Shown: positions 13,518 through 25,958, counted from the first letter of the stretch. The stretch: 64,000 bases of DNA from Macrostomum lignano (GCA_002269645.1 NIVC01003919.1:5668-69667); one strand, 5' to 3'. Made by a program: numbers and translations. The notes: generated from the sequence alone by a model not told the origin.

Positions 13518-13776
13518 GATTCCTGTTACAATATTTTTATAATATTTGATTAAAAATGCCTCGGAGAGTACTTTCATTTTTCCGCTTACATGTCTGGCAT
13601 AGCATTTTTACATTTTACCTTCACATACTTCGCTCAACATAGTACTCATATGGAACAAGCAAAGGTTTAATTTGCTATTATGGAATTTAAAATTTGAAGA
13701 ACTAGTCAATTTAGTGCCCCAAAATTGAGCAGCGCCATTCCAAATGTACATAAAACTTATCCCTGATGACTTTTAG

Positions 13777-14070
13777 CTGGTTACGGCCATGACGTATGCG
13801 GCACTGTGTCCTACAAGAACTACTATGGCTTGCAGAATGTAACCGTAGGAGGCCTGGCCTGCCAGAACTGGAGCAGCTCCGGACCGCACACCATACCCTA
13901 CCAGTGCCAGCTTGATGCAAACTTTCCAGGAGATGGCGCCAAGAACCGCTCTAGAAACTATTGTCGCAATTGCGAGAGCAAAGATTTTTACTACTGCTAC
14001 ACAATGGACCCGACTGTGCCGTTTCAGGCCTGTGAGGTGCTGCCCTGCAACAGGCAGTCAATGCACTACG
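13777..14070 (+). CDS. kringle-domain exon (phase 1-1)
   Basis: C..Y.G....T..G..CQNW....H.....NYCRN....YCYTMDP....C kringle signature; acceptor ttttag|, probable donor |gtttgt. Confidence 0.85.
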
Positions 14071-14685
14071 GTTTGTACAGACAATCAATCAGAGCAATCA
14101 GAAACACACAGCTGGCTGGCGAGGGTGCTGGAATATAAGAATTGTTTATCCGTGGTCATAGGTTCATCTAAACTTGGGGTTTTCCAAACCGTGGCGTCTG
14201 CAACTGACTACTGCAATTTGCCTGCCACAAATTGACTGTAAACCCTAAACCCTGTGCTTCTACATGGATTAACTGGTTTTCAAGTCTTATAAATCTTTTT
14301 CTGCATCAACCCTAGTGGTAGAAAACTGAACGAATGCAGGTACTCATGGTTTTAATTGTTGTGTAGCAATAGCTTTGTCCATATTTCCTAACGCTTGTTA
14401 AAATATTGGCAACTTGACTAGGCATGGCTCTGCTCGTCATTGGTTGTTTCTACGACTTATACGAGTAGTCCGCATATGAGCAGAATAATATATTCCTTCA
14501 TCCATGCTCCGTAGAACAAATTACGCTCGTATCTTCATTGTATCGGCTTCCGGTGATTTAATCATAAATGGTTTCTTACTGCCCTAATTGTTCTGCTGTG
14601 TTTTGTCAAAAAACTTTCAAGATGTAGAATGCATTTTTGGATACTTAAAGATAACAACAACTAACTAAAATACTATTGATTTCAG

Positions 14686-15066
14686 ATTACGAATATTTGG
14701 ATCACTCAGAAATATTCATTTCGAATAGCTCTGCCGTCGAGAGTCCTGCAGTAAAGGTGGTCAGCAGACATACCGTTGGTCCCCAAAGGAGCGATACTGG
14801 ATGGTACCATCTATCAATCAGGTATGAATACTTATGATTCGTTTTAGAAGTTATTGTGCATCAGTTTAGACATCCGAGTGATTTTTCTAGGCCGCCGTTA
14901 AATCGTTCAGGCTAGTTTGAGTAAAAGTCATAGCAAAATTGAAATGAAAATAAAGCTAGCTTTGTTGAAATTCAGGTTGCTCGGTACGCTGGAATCAGGA
15001 AGCTGACCTACTATCGGCGCCCCATCTACCTGCCCGAGTTCGAAGTGTTCGGCTTTCCTGCTGCTA
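14686..15066 (+). pseudogene. two exons (14686-14821, 14976-15066) encoding the C-terminal half of an F-type lectin-like domain; in-frame TAG at 14726-14728
   Basis: LRIFGSLRNIHFE*LCRRESC...NQ|VARYAGIRK...IYLPEFEVFG resembles the FTP GRYV / L.LCEVEV motifs; canonical splice sites. Confidence 0.5.
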
Positions 15067-16309
15067 GTGAGTAATTTATTAGTTTGGTAACCCATAAACC
15101 AGGCTCGGTGTAGAGTCAACATTCATCATCATCACCAATATACTAAATCTCTCAGGTTTGACCGGTATTTCAGTCTACAGCCTGAATGCCTGAACCGATT
15201 TTTTTCAAACTTGCTTTATTCAATTGCAAATTTTTGTGAGATTGTGCGGATCTAATTGCATTGAAAAATTCGAATGGGAAGATGGTTAAATATTCGAAAA
15301 ACGAGTTTTCCCAATGCTTTCAATGGGAGGCTAGAAAAGGTCAAAATCTTGACTAACTGAATAGCAATTCCAATTAAGATTGCGCCACAACTTTTCTCTC
15401 TTCATTGTGAGTAGTAGGCCTCAGTACTGGATGCAGCAAGGGAGAGGAAAATAATGCTCAGTGGCGGCGTGTGTACATTTTGCTCTGGCTGACTGCATAG
15501 ACAATTGCTATTTATAGATTTCACTCAATTGTGCATTTGCTCTGCCTGCACACAACCTGTGCACACTGAGCAGCCAATCACTGCTATGTATTTGACTGCA
15601 GTGCCGAAGCATATATGGCTGATTTTTGCGATTTTTGAGGATGATTAAAATTAAATTCATTTATTCATTTATTGCTTCCTGCTCAACTAATAGGGATATT
15701 TTTGTTGAATTCGCAAGGCACACTTAATAAATAATTTTTGCCATACAAAATTTGATTTGTAAAAAACTGCTTCGAGTATTACTCATCGCATCAATGGGTA
15801 TTGCCTAGATCCATGAAAGTATCAAAGTGCTATGCTGCTAAATTTATAGTTAAAATGAAGGCTGAATTGTGAAAAAACTGCCGATATGTATCGAAAATTG
15901 ATTTAGTGAACCATAATAAATGATGAGAAAAATTCTGATTCTTAAAAGGATCCTTTATTTCAGTTTGCTGAGGATTCTGAGGAGTGGGCCGAGAGGAGAA
16001 CTGCAGACTGCTGAGGGACAAACTGAAAACTGCTAAGGTAGTTCATATAGATCATATTGTCTGGAGGATCATAACATAGATGTAAAGATGTGAGATGTGC
16101 AGACGGAGTTTCTCCAGACCATATTCAGAAGCAATGATATGATTTTTGCTCCAGACTTATGAGTGTATAGCTGCAAACTGCTGAGGTAGTAAGTGTGGAC
16201 TACTGAGTAAATTATTGTTTGCTGTGGGGACAATTCTAGGCCGCTAGAGTATGACTGAAGCCTGTTTTTTGGGATTGGAAGGGATAATTTCAGGTTGTTG
16301 TGGAGACAT

Positions 16310-16630
16310 CTCAGGAATTGCTGAGATTTCAAGGCTTATTGGTTGAATTGCTGAGATGTCATGGCTTTTTGGGGTAATTTCTGAGATTTCAAGGCTCATG
16401 GGAATTGCTCAGATATCAAGGCTTACCAGTACTGGGGTAATTGCTGAGATGTCAAGGCTTACTGGGGGAATTGCTGAGATGTCAAGGCTTACTGGGGGAA
16501 TTGCTGAGATGTCAAGGCTTACTGGGGGAATTGCTGAGATGTCAAGGCTTACTGGGGGAATTGCTGAGATGTCAAGGCTCATGGGGATGGCTGAATTGTT
16601 GAGATATCAAGGCTTATGGGAGATGGCTGA
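16310..16630. repeat. 30-bp minisatellite (same family as 51105-51930)
   Basis: unit ggggaattgctgagatgtcaaggcttactg. Confidence 0.9.
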
Positions 16631-17086
16631 ATTGTTGGGGGGGGGGGTTAGGTTGTTGAGCGATTGTCAGATCGTCAAGTAGTACGGCTCAAGTAGTTCA
16701 TTTAATTCAGATAATAAAATAGTACACACAAGTGACGCTGAATTCTGCTGATAGGAAATACCAGCGTATTTATTAAAGATTTGATTCTTTGAGTTAGGCT
16801 AATAAAGAGGCCGTCAGGGATTGGCATATTGAGCTCCTGCTGCGGACCAGAATATGCCCAGGCCAATGACGATATGCACTAAGAGTTTGTGCTTGAAAGC
16901 AATTTTATTTTTTTTCAAAATGAGAAAAAGTAACTTTTTATTAATGGAAATGAAAATTAATGGTTACTGTTGGGCCAAAATAAAAACCACTAGGTGTCAT
17001 TTTAAAGCCCCCCAGCGGGGGGCTAAATGGCTAGTCATTACTACTGAAGTGATAAATTTGGCCCTGAAATTTTCCATAAAGTTTAA

Positions 17087-17313
17087 GGGGGGCCGTAGCC
17101 CAGCGGTAGCGCAGCTGCTCTGGTGTGCCAGCGACCCAGGCTCGATTCCAAGTGCAGTCACATTAATTTGGGGCTGAATTGGAATCTCGGCTTGGCTCTG
17201 CTCGTGCAATTAACGGCCTTGAGGGCCAACCCCCCAAGGCGCAGTGAAGTGTACATGCCTAACGATAAATAAAGTTAGGGCCGCTGTACACTCCTGTGTG
17301 AGTGTGTGCCTGC
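17087..17313 (+). mobile_element. tRNA-derived SINE family 1, 5' part (split by P element)
   Basis: A box tagcccagcgg, B box ggctcgattcc; colinear with intact copy 31209-31570. Confidence 0.85.
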
Positions 17314-20300
17314 CACAGACCAAGAAATATAACTAGACTGCGCATGAGGGTAAAAAAAGTTGTGCCTTTTTCCTAGTAGGAAAAGTGGCACCCCAGTGCC
17401 CACTCCCCCACGATCGATAATTGTGCCCGGGCCTTTCTTCTTACCCTCAGCCAACTCAGCTTGTCGGGGTCTCTTTTTTTTATGTTCGTAACTAGTGAAA
17501 ATTCAGACTCAGTAAGAAATAGGATTAACAAATCAACAACTACAGATTCATTTTTAATTTATCTAGAATTTTTTGCACGCATTTAATGGCAAATATATAG
17601 TTTATCACGGGAATAAGCTTAAACAGAATCCATTGAAGCCATAACTTACCAGCTTCCATATTCGGATACGCTGATTACAAATTAAGAAAAATCGATGTTC
17701 GAAGCAGCCTTTGCCTCTTGCCGGGTTTTCTTCCAGCGCGTGAAAGATCCTTAGCCAGCTTCTTCATTCGAATATTTATAAAAAGCATAGCCATTACTCG
17801 AATCAAATGCAGCTTGTGAGACTCAATGCTGATACTCGCGGATGCCGAATGAGAGTCCAGTTCAGGGAACAGATCGATTGACATGCGCAGAATCTCCTGA
17901 ACAGCTACATCACTAGAGAATCCGCTGCTGTAGCTGGCACGCCGAACAACAGTCTCTGCATTGAGCAGCACCCGCAGGACATTGCTGCTAGGAAAAATCA
18001 GGCCGCCAGTTCCTTCCTTGTTCAAAACATTTTTATGGCAACGAGTGAGCATGGTCCGCGTGAAGCTCCTGGCGTCTCAGAGCTTGCGATCAGAGCTGAC
18101 CTGCACGGAGCACATTCAACTGCTTTCATCATTCTTCGGACGACCGCGCCTGCGATATAGCACACGATGGACTGGCAAATTTCACACACCGATGCATTCT
18201 TGCAGTGTTGGATTGAACCCAGACTCAGTCCCATTTCATTTTGAGCTTTCATCTGCTTCCATGGCTGCTGTCCTGATGATGATGGCAGACAAGACAATGA
18301 TAACTGAATAGTGGCATCCTGCTGCCTCACATTCGGACTCACGGACTGTAGAATTCCACCTCCGGCATGCACCAACAGCTGCCTGAATGCTGAGCGAAAT
18401 TGCGTGGGCGTTGGGTTATGGTTCCAGCCATTTCGTAGCCTTACTGCATTAAAAAACAGTTCGAGAAAATCCTGCGAAAGCTTGTAAGTGCAAAGAAAGA
18501 AGAATTCGCCAGTCGAAAATAAATACTTAGCGAGCTCCATAATGCCATGGCAGTTGGTGATGAAGCCTAGGAAGCCAGTCTTCTTTGCGGTTTCTACTAT
18601 CTTACAGCCAGCCGGAGTTTCAAGGCTACGGAGAAGTTCGATCGAGCTAGAGAAGAAATCGATCCAATCCGACTGATTGTCAGCTCTAAGCGCCATTTTG
18701 GCGCCATAACTGACCAGCCGCTTGGAATTGAAAGCGTCGAACAAATCATTCATGTGCTCAACGAAATCTGCGGTGACTAGCACATCAGAGTGCTCAAATC
18801 CGATCACACCTTGCTGATGCACCCATCGCAAAGAGTCGGCCACTGACTTGCTAAACAGTTGTGATGCCAAATAGACCTTCATCTTTAAATTAGCAAAGTT
18901 GATGTGATGCCTGCTTAACTTGTTTCCAAGTCGGAGTCCATGACTTTCTTGTACTTGCTGCAACATGGAAACATATTTCCATTCAATATTTCCTCTGTTC
19001 GGCCAAACAAATCTTCCCAGTGACTGCCACTGATTGCGAATCAGCTTTAACATGTGAGGCACATCCAGGAAGGCTGCAACCTGAATGCTAGGATCGCAGG
19101 GGTGCGGGAAGCAGGCGACGACCTCGTTCGGAGAACTTATCCTGGAGCCAAGGAGTTCGATCGCTCGAATGTTGTGCTGAGTTCCATCGCATGTGAATGA
19201 TGTTGCTATGACGCCAACCTGGTACAGTCGCTGAATGGATTCCTCTACAACGCTCGAAAGAAATTCGCCGTCAACTCCATTCACTAGAAAATACCCTAAA
19301 GGCAGCTTCCAATAGCTCTTAAGCCCCACTGCCATCACTACCAGTGCCGAAGACGCCTCCTGATCACTTGGTTTGCCATCACCTTTGTCAACGTAGCCAA
19401 AAAACATACCTTCGCTTGAATTCCATTCAATCATCGACTCTAGCGACATTTCATCAGCAACAACGTTGCAGTAGTCAAAGGCTTGGCCGTCAGTGGAGCT
19501 GCGTCGCCGCGAAAGTTCCTGGAAAGCCTGATCGCAAAACCCTGGAAAGCACTTTGCATTTGAGAGCCATTTTCTAAGTGACGCAGGATGTGGAAGCTGA
19601 AAGTACTTTCGTACATACTCATAAGCCTTCGGACTATAGAAATGCAATGTAGAGGCGAATTTGCGCACTTCGTCAGAGAACCTCTTTGTCCTTTTTCTAT
19701 TGCAAGGCACGATGCTGCTCAGCAGTGAATCGGAGGTCAAGAAATTCAATCGAGATGCCGCTGCTTCGTTTAACATGCACTTGGCCTTTAGATCCAGAAT
19801 TGCGTCCTTCAATGTTTTGGCTCTATGTTTAATTTGCCTGTGCTTTGAGCGCAGAGATCGAATTTTTCTGTACTTGCTCTGTACCGTCCGACGCAGGATT
19901 TCAATGGCCTTAGCACTTTTCTTAGATCTCTTATGAGCAGCCAAAAGCCTTTTGTATCTGCGCCTCAGGTTTTTTAGGACTCTCACCTTTTCTTCGAATA
20001 GTTCTCTGGCCACACAGTTGGCATGCAGTTCTTGTAGGGGTTGTTCTGGTTCATCTGCCTCCGTGTCAGTTGGCTGAGCCTTCGTCTTGCTACATTCCGG
20101 CGCTTTCAAAAATGCAGCAAAGTCAACTTCCTGAGCAGCGGCGGCGGCGGTGGCTGTTTTTCGCTTCTTTTCAACAGGCTGCAGGCGGTCAGGGAGCGTC
20201 GGGAAGATAGAAGGAACAGCATTTGGATACAGCCGCCTTCTTGTGGTGGGCAGAAAGCCGGCTAGTTGTTCCTTGAAGCAAGACTCTGCAAAGTGGACCG

Positions 20301-20796
20301 AGCAGACTTGGGTGGTCGCCGATGGTTTGAACTCCTTGCGTCGGAGCGCAACCAGCCACTTTCTCTTCATTTCAGTGTCTTTTGGAAAAAAATGGAAGGA
20401 CACTGCCGGAGACATTGACGAGTTGTTCGAGCAGCCTAGAGCGCAGCAAAAGCTGCCGTGACTTTTTCTGCTAGGCAGTTTTGAAGAATTAGATTCTTCC
20501 ATGGCAGTTCGATTTGGTGAGGATTGATTTAGATTAGACTGAAGCAGCTTGCTTTGTATTTCAAGTATGTGTTTTATAAGTTTATATTTTTGGCCCCAGA
20601 CCACTTTAATATATAGCTACATATCAACGCAGGCGGAAAGAAAAGCAGGCCTGTACCCTAACTTCTTGCCCAAGCACAATTATCGATCGTTTTCGAGTAG
20701 GGAGAGAGGGACCATTTTTTCCACTGTCATTTGGTCAAAAACAAGCCCAAGCAAGAAATGCGGGATGCGCAGTCTAGTTATATTTCTTGGTCTGTG
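17314..20796 (-). mobile_element. P-element superfamily DNA transposon, 3483 bp
   Basis: perfect 32-bp TIRs (cacagaccaagaaatataactagactgcgcat at 17314-17345 and its complement at 20765-20796); 8-bp TSD gtgcctgc at 17306-17313 and 20797-20804. Confidence 0.95.
17675..20502 (-). CDS. THAP9/P-element transposase, intronless, ~942 aa if one frameshift at ~18030 is corrected
   Basis: THAP domain (CCALGCSN..FHFFP..W..CSVHF..AVP), coiled coil, ADEM / DVPHMLKLIRN / LSQDFLELFF motifs, C-terminal YIAG..C..C..GGLIFPS split across two ORFs. Confidence 0.92.
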
Positions 20797-20939
20797 GTGC
20801 CTGCGTACGTATCCGCGCGCTTGTATGCCTGCTCAGGGGAGTCGGCGAAATGGGCAGTAATGCCTCTCGCCGGTTGTGTGACAATGTCGCTTGAAGTGCG
20901 CCAGGGTGCACACAACCCCCTGCCTCTAATAAAAAAAAA
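20797..20939 (+). mobile_element. tRNA-derived SINE family 1, 3' part with poly(A) tail
   Basis: resumes exactly where 17313 stops relative to copy 31209-31570; degenerate TSD ttccataaagtttaa (17072-17086) / ttccatccagtttaa (20940-20954). Confidence 0.85.
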
Positions 20940-21810
20940 TTCCATCCAGTTTAAAGGTATTACCAGACAATCAATGCGCTCAAACAAGCAAAAAGTTGAG
21001 GATACGACTCGAGCCTCAGTCAATGAACACTATTCATGTACCATCTAAAATATTCCTCAATTGGAAAGACCAGAAAATCTATATAAAACTTTTTTTAAAC
21101 CACACAAGAAGCTCGTCTTCGCCACCCTTTTGCGCCTTTCGCCTTTTGCTCACCTTTTGCCCGTTTCCTTGCTCTTCTCCTTGCTCCTCCTATGCCCTTG
21201 CTTTGCTTTTGACTTCAACAGAGAATACACGAATCTAATCAAACTAAAATTAAAGGATAACTAATCCCCTCCTTACAACTTGAGCTAGTCGAGCTTCTTA
21301 TTTGGAACATCCTTTCATATTGTTTTTCTTTGTAAGACAACATTCTGATATTGTGAACATTTAATTAAACGGTCTGTGAGTTAATATTTCCTGATTGCAT
21401 CATCAGGAAAAGTTTAGTCGAATCCGCCGCCCCAGTTATTTGGCTCTCACATTAATAATAGAAATTATTGTAGAGCCGCAGCAGTAGTGAGAGTCCAGAA
21501 GACCAAGGACACTAACATTATAAAATATTTCACTTCAGCAGACAGACAGTTTATGCTACCCTGTCAAATTGTGGCTGCATGGAAAAATAGGCGTCGCATT
21601 TCACTTTTTCTATCATAATGAATCATCATTTCTGCATATAATGGTCAAAATAGAAACGAAACGTACTTATATATCCGATGCATGTGCTTAAATTCAACTA
21701 AACGTACATAACTATTGGCCCCTTCACTGGCTGCAGGTCGAATTTCATTTTGATAACGAAGAAATGAAGGAGATCATGTTTCTATATAAACTAACGCGTA
21801 CTTTTATTAG

Positions 21811-23109
21811 GAGTGCCACTGGATGCGACCTTGTTAAAGCTGCCCCTGTTCAAGCCATGTTTTAAAAATCCCACAGGCCCGAAACACTTGATTGGAAATC
21901 CTGTTGGCATCGAGGAGGGAATAATCGGAGTCAATCAGCTTGACGTTCAGTTCCATAACTTCAGTGGCTACTCTATACAGCCAACCACGCATCCTTCGCC
22001 CTACATGCTGCGACTGAACTCTCCGCAGAAGCCACTGCAGCCTCCCGGCATGTTTTTTACCCACGGTGAGTAGCTACTATTTTGCATTAAGAGTAGTCAA
22101 TGTGTAACAACAATATAAGCGCGTTCACGCAGCCCCGTTAAATCTTTTCAATTTCCAGTTTTCTCCGTAAATATTTACTTGATAACGAGGCACACGATCT
22201 TAGGCGTTGTCGTGCAGGGCTCGTCCACAATGGATTTGACACGAGCTTGGTTCGCTTACGTGAGGTCTTTTACTCTGTCATACGGTGATCACCACAGAGC
22301 CTTGATACCTGTGACATCATATCAGATGTCGAATACATTAAATGTTGTAAGTTGAAGGCAGATTTTATTGAGGTTAATCGACCATTATAGTTACTATCTT
22401 CTATAGAAAACAAGAAAACTAATTAAGAGAACTCCACTTTTTTGTAGCACAAATTCAACGACTTCGCCAATGACAACACGCCGATTCGAATGGACCTGCC
22501 AGTGCCAATCAAAGCCAAGATTGTTCAGTTCACGCCGCCAGACACTAACTTTATCGGGAATCGGGTGATGAAACTGGAGCTACTCGGCTACCCCGACGGT
22601 AAGAATTTGCTGTGTTATTCAGACGCACACAAAAAGTTCTGTGACTTTAGTTAGCAGCAAAGATTTTTTAATTCAAATTTTAGACTGCGAGCTAATCCCG
22701 ACTAGTGAAATGACGGCCAGCAGCATCTCACCAACTGTGATAAGTTTTGAGTTCACGGAATTCTACCACATCACGGGTCTTGCATTGTCTGTCAGCGATG
22801 GAGTGAAGTTTTTGTTGCAGTTTAAGACACTGCAAAACTGGACGTTTGTCAACTTTACAGTGTTTGGCACCGACACGGTAACTGATTTCGCGCATCAACT
22901 GCCATGGTTCCTAGGTCTAATATGAGCTAACTTGGCTTGACGCCAGATTTAGTTCACAAAATATATGAAATTTTAGATTTTTGATTCAAAGAATGGCGCC
23001 GACCAGCCTTTGCCGCATTTGATTCGTTCGAATGAGCTGCGAGTCCTGCTGCTCAACGGGTCTGCAGCGGCGAGCCAGTTTCAGTTCCGCGGTTGCATCA
23101 TCAAAGAGG
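21811..23109 (+). CDS. five exons (21811-22065, 22159-22346, 22448-22598, 22684-22877, 22977-23109) encoding tandem F5/8 type C (discoidin) domains
   Basis: phase-compatible GT-AG exons reading NPVGIEEGII..QL..RLNS, ILGVVVQG..YVRSFTLSY, PIKAKIV..MKLELLGY, QFQFRGC. Confidence 0.8.
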
Positions 23110-23320
23110 GTATGAATTTCGGGGTTACTGAGGCTATTGTTGATTTTTATTAGTCGGCTTCTTTTAATCCAGTCAGCTACTTTGTGACACTTTTGGTCGA
23201 AGTGTATTGCGAGTACTCAACTTTACTGGTTCATTTGTGTTATCAGTAAGCAAGTAAAATTACAGGTTTTCCTAATCATCCTATCTCCAGCAGGGTGTCG
23301 CTAAAGGGATAATATAGAGT

Positions 23321-24104
23321 AAAGAAATATAAAAGTGAAAATCAACATAGATTATATTCTTTCGACGCGTTTCGGTCCAACTAGGGCCATCTTCAGGTCT
23401 GGTGTATTTTTAGTCACACAACAACTTTTTTAAGAGATAAGCGAACAAATGTTTACTGTACAGTCCAAGGGGCATATCATGGGCAGAATTTTCAAAGTTG
23501 AGCAGAGATTACGAGTACATTGTTCAGGTTTGTGCCTTCACTTAGAACACCTTGAGCAAATGGCCCGCACCACTATGGGAGAGCTGAATATTCAGATTTG
23601 GTTTTTGGTTTTTAATGTACATGGATTCAAGTATATTAAGCCTAAAGTCAGTCCTACACCGATCAATAAATTTGAACTGCTGAGTTTGCTCAATTTCGCA
23701 GCAACTGTTGCAACAGAGCAGGTGGTCTTGGATAGCCGACCTTTTCAACCAATGCTCTCTGACTCTGGTGTACAAGTGCCTTTTAGTTTTACCTATATAG
23801 GTAATGTTCTGGTCAACAGAACAAGAGAACTTATACACAAACACCTGTTGCCAGAGCAAGAGGAACATGGGATTTCAGTCTACTAACGTATTGGCCGACC
23901 TTAGCAGTGTGGAAAACTATCTTAATAGGCGTGTTAAAGAATTTACGGAAGAATTTACGGACTGTACAGTAAACATTTGTTCACTTATCTCTTATAAAAG
24001 TTGTTGTGTGACTAAAAATACACCAGACCTGAAGATGGCTCTAGTTGGACCGAAACGCGTCGAAAGAATATAATCTATGTTGATTTTCTCTTTTATATTT
24101 CTTT
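23321..24104 (-). mobile_element. 5'-truncated Penelope-like retroelement with inverted terminal repeat (arms 23321-23466 and 23959-24104)
   Basis: 146-bp near-perfect inverted arms flank a GIY-YIG ORF; arms contain ctgaaga...ccgaaacgcgtc. Confidence 0.8.
23542..23868 (-). pseudogene. GIY-YIG endonuclease C-terminal fragment of Penelope-like element
   Basis: VYKFSC...YIGKTKRHLYTRVREH..SAI..H...LESMYIK..KPNLN. Confidence 0.85.
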
Positions 24105-24384
24105 GCCTTCTAAAGCGTGCTCCCTTACCTCAATATAGAGGTAAATTTTTGCAGAAAGTATACCAGGGGCATACGAGTATATCGGTAGGTATTAAAAGTT
24201 CGTCTGCGATCAAAAACCATTGGTTGCTAAACGTACATGTAATCGGAATAATTCAATGTATTTTTTCAGCGGCAATAAACTTGAAGACACTATCTCTCAG
24301 TAATAATATAAACGTTGCATCTTCTTAATAGAACTAGTCGTTGCAAGAGACATGCCTCCGGCAATGGTGCGGACGCTTCAATTT

Positions 24385-24653
24385 TGTTGTGTACGCTCGT
24401 ATGGACTTTTGGTTTAGCAAATGCACTAATGCTTCCCTTCTTTTGTCTATAGTCTAGGGTACAATCTTTTATTTCTTTAAGAGCCGAAGGCTAACAGTAT
24501 TACAAAAAGGCAAGCAAGACGTGCGCTAGCTAGAGGCAAATAAAGCTTGTGAACAGCTCGTATTTTAAATAATGCTTCTTCGACTTGACTTTGATGTCAG
24601 ATGGTAGCCTGGAGGCAATAGTCGGTATAGAAGCAGAAGAAGAGGACATAACA
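24385..24653 (+). repeat. 5' LTR (269 bp)
   Basis: tgttgtg...ataaca; differs from 3' LTR by ~7 substitutions and 2 indels (hand alignment). Confidence 0.92.
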
Positions 24654-25958
24654 ATGGCGAGGAGTGTAAAAATCGGAGAGTTCGACGTGGCTAAACCGGA
24701 GCAATGGGAAGCTTATGAAGAACGACTCGAGCAGTTTTTCGTCGTAAACAAAGTGACCGAGGAGGCACATAAGCGAGCAAATCTGATTACAGTGATTGGT
24801 AATGACTGCTATCAATTGCTCCGCAACCTGCTGTCACCAAAGAAGCCCAAGGATGTGAACTTCGACGATCAAGTCAAGGCCCTGAGGGAGCATTTTAACC
24901 CAAGGCCTAAGATCGTTGTCGAGAGATTCAACTTCCACAGCAGAGCCCAACATGAAGGAGAAAATGTGAGCGATTTCATCGCAAGTCTGCGGAAGTTGGC
25001 TGCCACGTGTGGTTTTAATGAATTCTTGGACGAGGCACTGAGAGACAGGTTCGTTGTCGGCCTAAGGAATCGCCTGACACAGCAGCGTCTGTTGCAAGAA
25101 GACACACTGACACTAACTGGAGCACTTACCCTTGCGACTGCGATGGAAGCAGCGGAAAGAGGTGTGGTGACAATTTCGTCAACCGGTGCAATCCAGGCGG
25201 TGAAGTCTTCGAGAGCCAGTAAAAATCTGACAGACGGCTTGTCAGAGAAGAACAACAGAAACAATCAATCTGGATGCTTCCGCTGCAATGCACAAGATCA
25301 CTGGGCAAAGAACTGCCCCTACCGTAGCAAGACGTGCAGCAAGTGCGGTCGAGTGGGACATAAAAGTGATGCCTGCCGCACAAAGGACAGGACTAAAGAT
25401 TCCGGAGGTGGAAAGCAAAAGAAACTCAGCTCGTCCAGACATAAGAGACACGGCAGAGTGCACTATGCACAGGACAAAGCTAGTTCAACCAGCTCACACA
25501 GCAGGGACTCAAACTGTACGAGTCAGGGACACCACAGGGAGTGCTTTGAAGTCAGGACAGTGTGCTCGACTGGACAGGTCGCGCATGTCACTTCTCCACC
25601 ATACGAGTGCGAACTGGAACTGAACGGAAAAGCTGTAAGATTTCAAGTGGATACTGGTGCGGATAAAACCCTGATCAACGAGACCAGCAAGCAACTAGGC
25701 CTGAAGCTTTCAAGGACTACCGTAAGGTTGTCCAGCTACACGGATCACTCAATCCCAGTATTAGGTGAAGCAACAATCGACGTGGTTAGCCACAACGTCC
25801 GGCGTTACCAATTGCCTGTACTGATTGTCAAAGGAGAACGAGTAAATCTGCTTGGACGCGACTGGCTTTCTAAGATCAAGATTGACTGGGACAAGTTTGC
25901 GAGTGTGAACGTGACCACATTAGTCCAGCCTATTGGATCTATTGGTAAGGAGGCATGA
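24654..25958 (+). CDS. Gypsy gag + aspartic protease
   Basis: MARSVKIGEFD..W..Y.ERLEQFF; two CCHC knuckles; FQVDTGAD protease site. Confidence 0.9.
   Translation: MARSVKIGEFDVAKPEQWEAYEERLEQFFVVNKVTEEAHKRANLITVIGNDCYQLLRNLLSPKKPKDVNFDDQVKALREHFNPRPKIVVERFNFHSRAQHEGENVSDFIASLRKLAATCGFNEFLDEALRDRFVVGLRNRLTQQRLLQEDTLTLTGALTLATAMEAAERGVVTISSTGAIQAVKSSRASKNLTDGLSEKNNRNNQSGCFRCNAQDHWAKNCPYRSKTCSKCGRVGHKSDACRTKDRTKDSGGGKQKKLSSSRHKRHGRVHYAQDKASSTSSHSRDSNCTSQGHHRECFEVRTVCSTGQVAHVTSPPYECELELNGKAVRFQVDTGADKTLINETSKQLGLKLSRTTVRLSSYTDHSIPVLGEATIDVVSHNVRRYQLPVLIVKGERVNLLGRDWLSKIKIDWDKFASVNVTTLVQPIGSIGKEA

Noticed and set aside
13217-13549. Repetitive ORFs over minisatellites (also 16356, 29181, 41356-42034, 42504-43406, 45477, 51157-52001, 52920-53371)
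   Set aside because: These are translations of tandem repeats, not genes
17087-17160. SINE heads as functional tRNA genes
   Set aside because: No complete acceptor stem, and each continues into a shared ~290-bp body with poly(A) and TSD
18488-20461. Plus-strand ORFs overlapping the P transposase
   Set aside because: Antisense shadows of a long coding ORF
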